This document shows, in pieces, positions 23,348 through 26,324 of a stretch of 26,324 nt of DNA; the first letter of the stretch is position 1, and each line of letters begins with the position of its first letter. The notes below the pieces were generated by a model. The model saw only the letters and a list, made by a program, of their open reading frames with translations, searched no databases and was not told where the DNA came from. The position numbers and the translations under genes were made by a program. This stretch comes from an uncultured Candidatus Saccharibacteria bacterium (GTDB taxonomy: Bacteria > Patescibacteriota > Minisyncoccia > Minisyncoccales > Staskawiczbacteraceae). Where the stretch lies: assembly GCA_964355995.1 (NCBI GenBank), contig CAYHFP010000001.1:1-26324 (forward strand). The letters are read 5' to 3'.

Positions 23348-24261
23348 AGGATTTGGTTTGCCCCTTCTAAATACCATTTATCTTTATCTTTATTATATAT
23401 GTATGTAAATTTCTCTTCTTTCTTGGGCAAATTCATTGTTTCTCGTAAAACTATTGAGATTTTATCTAATGCACCATTAATTTCCTTATCAGATAATTTA
23501 GCCTCAAGAATAAATAATATAGTTGGGTTATTATTGTTTAATCCCTTATGAGAAGCTACTATTACAAAGTTATCATTTTCCTTAGAAGCCTTATTTCTTA
23601 CTAGTTTATATAACTTTAAAATAGTATTCTTAATCTTTTGCCAAATCGCATCGTCTAGATCAGTTAATATATGATTTAGAAACCATGGGCCAACTAAGAA
23701 AGTAAAAAAGTACCAAGCTCCGCTAATAAACCATTCTGGGAGAACTGCCCCTGTGCCCATAACATAATCTGCCCTACCTTCTTTTTCATATCTCTTGTCA
23801 ATATTTTCCTTTTCTTTTTTAATCTTTTCATTATCGATTATTTCTATCCTATAATCTTTCAATTCTTCCAAGATGCTTTCTACAGATATCTCTATGCTAT
23901 GACAATTGAAATCAATTTTTATTTCTTTATCCTTATCTTCGTGTAAAATTTTCTTTCCAGATTTCTCAGCAATAAAAATTTCTTTATTATAATCCTCTGT
24001 AATTTTTCTTCGGTAATCAAAATCAACAAATTTATCCTCCTTTTTAATAAAAATATTTCTTAAAGCTTCTAGAAAAATCCTAAGTTTACTGGATTTTTGG
24101 TGATCAGAAAAATTTTTAAGATGATCTAATTGAGCAGAAAGAGCATTGATTTGATCCTTGAGGTCTTCTCTGGATTTTTGGTGATCAGGAAAATTTTTAA
24201 GATGATCTAATTGAGCGGAAAAAGAATTAATTTGATCTTTGAGATCTTCTATTGTAGCCAT
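23344..24261 (-). CDS. Hypothetical protein with an N-terminal 27-aa tandem duplication and one hydrophobic segment
   Basis: 305-aa ORF; 81-bp repeat at 24089-24169 and 24170-24250. Confidence 0.7.
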   Translation of the reverse strand: MATIEDLKDQINSFSAQLDHLKNFPDHQKSREDLKDQINALSAQLDHLKNFSDHQKSSKLRIFLEALRNIFIKKEDKFVDFDYRRKITEDYNKEIFIAEKSGKKILHEDKDKEIKIDFNCHSIEISVESILEELKDYRIEIIDNEKIKKEKENIDKRYEKEGRADYVMGTGAVLPEWFISGAWYFFTFLVGPWFLNHILTDLDDAIWQKIKNTILKLYKLVRNKASKENDNFVIVASHKGLNNNNPTILFILEAKLSDKEINGALDKISIVLRETMNLPKKEEKFTYIYNKDKDKWYLEGANQIL

Positions 24262-24306
24262 AATTAAACTAAAAGCACAATTATTAAAAAATTATAATAT
24301 AAAATT

Positions 24307-24336
24307 TTCGCCCCGCGCTTTTGGGCGCGGGGCGAA
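24307..24336 (-). terminator. GC-rich hairpin after hppA
   Basis: ttcgccccgcgc-ttttgg-gcgcggggcgaa. Confidence 0.7.
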
Positions 24337-24344
24337 GTAATTAA

Positions 24345-26324
24345 CTAAACTAGAAACGCTACAATCAACAATGCCACGATGTTCAAAACTTTAATCATTG
24401 GGTTAATCGCAGGTCCGGCAGTGTCTTTGTATGGGTCACCAACGGTATCTCCCGTAACCGCTGCCTGATGCGCAAAACTGCCCTTTCCGCCTAAGTTTCC
24501 TTCTTCAATGTACTTTTTAGCATTATCCCAAGCGGCGCCTCCTGTGGTCATAGAAATGCCCACAAATAGGCCTGTAACGGTGGCTCCAATCAATAATCCT
24601 CCAAGAGCTTCAACTCCCAAAACATAGCCCACCAAAATTGGGGCAACTACTGGGATAAGCGCTGGAATCATCATTTCTTTAATCGCAGCTTTAGTCACAA
24701 TGTCCACGCACTTTCCGTATTCTGGCTTAGCAGTTCCTTCCATTAAACCTTTAATGTCGCGGAATTGTCGGCGCACTTCATCCACCACTTTGCCGGCGGT
24801 TTTTCCCACTGCTCCCATTAAAAAGCTAGCGAATAGATAAGGAAGTAAACCTCCGATTAATAAACCGGCAATAATTTTTGGATTAGTTAAATCAAAAGCC
24901 ACATTGCCAAAACCGGCTTGGCTGGTAACTTCTTGAGTGTAAGCTGAAAACAAAACCAAGGCGGCAAGTCCGGCAGAAGCGATAGCATAGCCCTTAGTTA
25001 CGGCTTTAGTAGTGTTTCCAACTGCATCCAATTCATCGGTAATTTTTCTGATTTCTGGTGGCATTCCAGACATTTCTGCAATTCCGCCGGCGTTGTCAGT
25101 GATTGGTCCGTAAGCATCAACTCCAACGACAATTCCTGAAATTGAAAGCATTGATACAACCGCAAGCGCTACTCCGTAAATTCCTGCCAAGTGAAAACTT
25201 AAAATAGTTCCTCCGGCAATTAACAAAACTGGGTAAGCGGTGGCTTGCATTCCAATTCCCAATCCACGAATAATGTTGGTTCCATGTCCGGTTTCTGATG
25301 CTTTGGCGATAGATATTACTGGGCTGTATTTTTTGTCGGTGTAATATTCAGTAATCACAAACATACCCACGGTGATTACCAAACCAATTAAAGTGGAAAG
25401 GTATAAATTCATCACGGAAATATCTTGTCCCACCATCATTTTGCTAATTAAAGGATAAAAAGCGATGGCTGATAAAATAACTGAAACGGCCAAGCCTTTA
25501 TACATAGACCCCATAATGCTTTTTGATTTTCCTAGTTTTACAAAGAAGCTTCCAATAATAGAAGTTAACATTGAAATACTGCCCAAAAAGAGAGGCAATA
25601 AAATAAATTGTGGGCTTCTTGGAAACAAGAGTGCTCCCAAAATCATCGTGGCCACCATTGAAACTGAATACGTTTCAAAAATGTCAGCGGCCATTCCAGC
25701 GCAGTCGCCCACGTTGTCTCCTACTTGGTCGGCGATAACTCCTGGGTTTCTTGGATCATCTTCAGGAATATTTTTTTCAATTTTTCCTACCATATCAGTT
25801 CCTACATCGGCAGCTTTGGTGTAAATGCCTCCGCCAACTCTGGCAAAAACAGAAATTAAGCTAGCTCCAAATCCTAATCCAATTAAACCAGAAATTCCGG
25901 TGGCAAAGTAATATCCAGCCACAGCCAAAAGCCCTAAAGAAACTACCATTAAACCGGTAATTAATCCGCCTTTAAAAGAAATATCTAAAGCGTGGTCGAT
26001 ACTTCTTTCGGCAGCTTTGGCAACGCGAGTATTAGCTTGCGTTGAAACAATCATACCAATGAATCCAGAAAGAGCAGACAAAACTGCTCCAATTAAAAAC
26101 CCGATAGCAATTTTCCAACCCATAAAAAATAATAATACGAAAAATAAAATTACCGCAACAACAGCAACCGTTTTAGTTTGTCTTTTTAAGTAAGACATCG
26201 CGCCTTCTTGCACCGCAGCGGTGATTTCTATAGCTTTTCCACCAGCCACTGGCGAAGCATTAATTTTAGAAATCATAAAAAACACAAACGCGATAGTGAA
26301 AAGCGAAACGATAATCGGAGATCG
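24345..26324 (-). CDS. hppA: Membrane-bound H+-translocating pyrophosphatase, K+-independent type, 5' end beyond the window
   Basis: [49 protein letters not shown]; frame open to the window end. Confidence 0.95.
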   Translation of the reverse strand, partial: RSPIIVSLFTIAFVFFMISKINASPVAGGKAIEITAAVQEGAMSYLKRQTKTVAVVAVILFFVLLFFMGWKIAIGFLIGAVLSALSGFIGMIVSTQANTRVAKAAERSIDHALDISFKGGLITGLMVVSLGLLAVAGYYFATGISGLIGLGFGASLISVFARVGGGIYTKAADVGTDMVGKIEKNIPEDDPRNPGVIADQVGDNVGDCAGMAADIFETYSVSMVATMILGALLFPRSPQFILLPLFLGSISMLTSIIGSFFVKLGKSKSIMGSMYKGLAVSVILSAIAFYPLISKMMVGQDISVMNLYLSTLIGLVITVGMFVITEYYTDKKYSPVISIAKASETGHGTNIIRGLGIGMQATAYPVLLIAGGTILSFHLAGIYGVALAVVSMLSISGIVVGVDAYGPITDNAGGIAEMSGMPPEIRKITDELDAVGNTTKAVTKGYAIASAGLAALVLFSAYTQEVTSQAGFGNVAFDLTNPKIIAGLLIGGLLPYLFASFLMGAVGKTAGKVVDEVRRQFRDIKGLMEGTAKPEYGKCVDIVTKAAIKEMMIPALIPVVAPILVGYVLGVEALGGLLIGATVTGLFVGISMTTGGAAWDNAKKYIEEGNLGGKGSFAHQAAVTGDTVGDPYKDTAGPAINPMIKVLNIVALLIVAFLV

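Noticed and set aside
16963-25824. Short plus-strand ORFs opposite rny, tig, the dehydratase and hppA, and other small overlapping ORFs
   Set aside because: Shadows of well-supported genes, without motifs or RBS.

Overview
AT-rich bacterial chromosomal window, most likely CPR/Patescibacteria (Parcubacteria-like; inferred from gene content and repeat style, not verified). The housekeeping backbone is mostly on the minus strand: infB (partial), an ABC-2 exporter, rny, clpP, tig, a dinD-like gene, a pterin-carbinolamine dehydratase and hppA (partial), with htrA on the plus strand. There are six intact tRNAs. The main accessory locus is a diversity-generating retroelement (DGR): target gene with VR 15800-15923, TR 15385-15508, and 22 TR/VR mismatches, all at TR adenines. 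Its layout is unusual: avd is inverted and overlaps the RT head-to-head, and one shared C11/G11 tract puts both genes out of frame with their likely ATGs, while C12 or C9 restores both. Other observations: (i) an apparent nested tRNA-Ser locus, where an outer tRNA-Ser is split by a 291-bp inverted-repeat element in the D-loop and by a hairpin carrying a complete second tRNA-Ser in the anticodon loop; (ii) free-standing HNH, LAGLIDADG-like and GIY-YIG ORFs abutting tRNA genes; (iii) several families of small palindromic elements inserted between genes, into each other, into tRNA T-loops, and in frame into at least three proteins.
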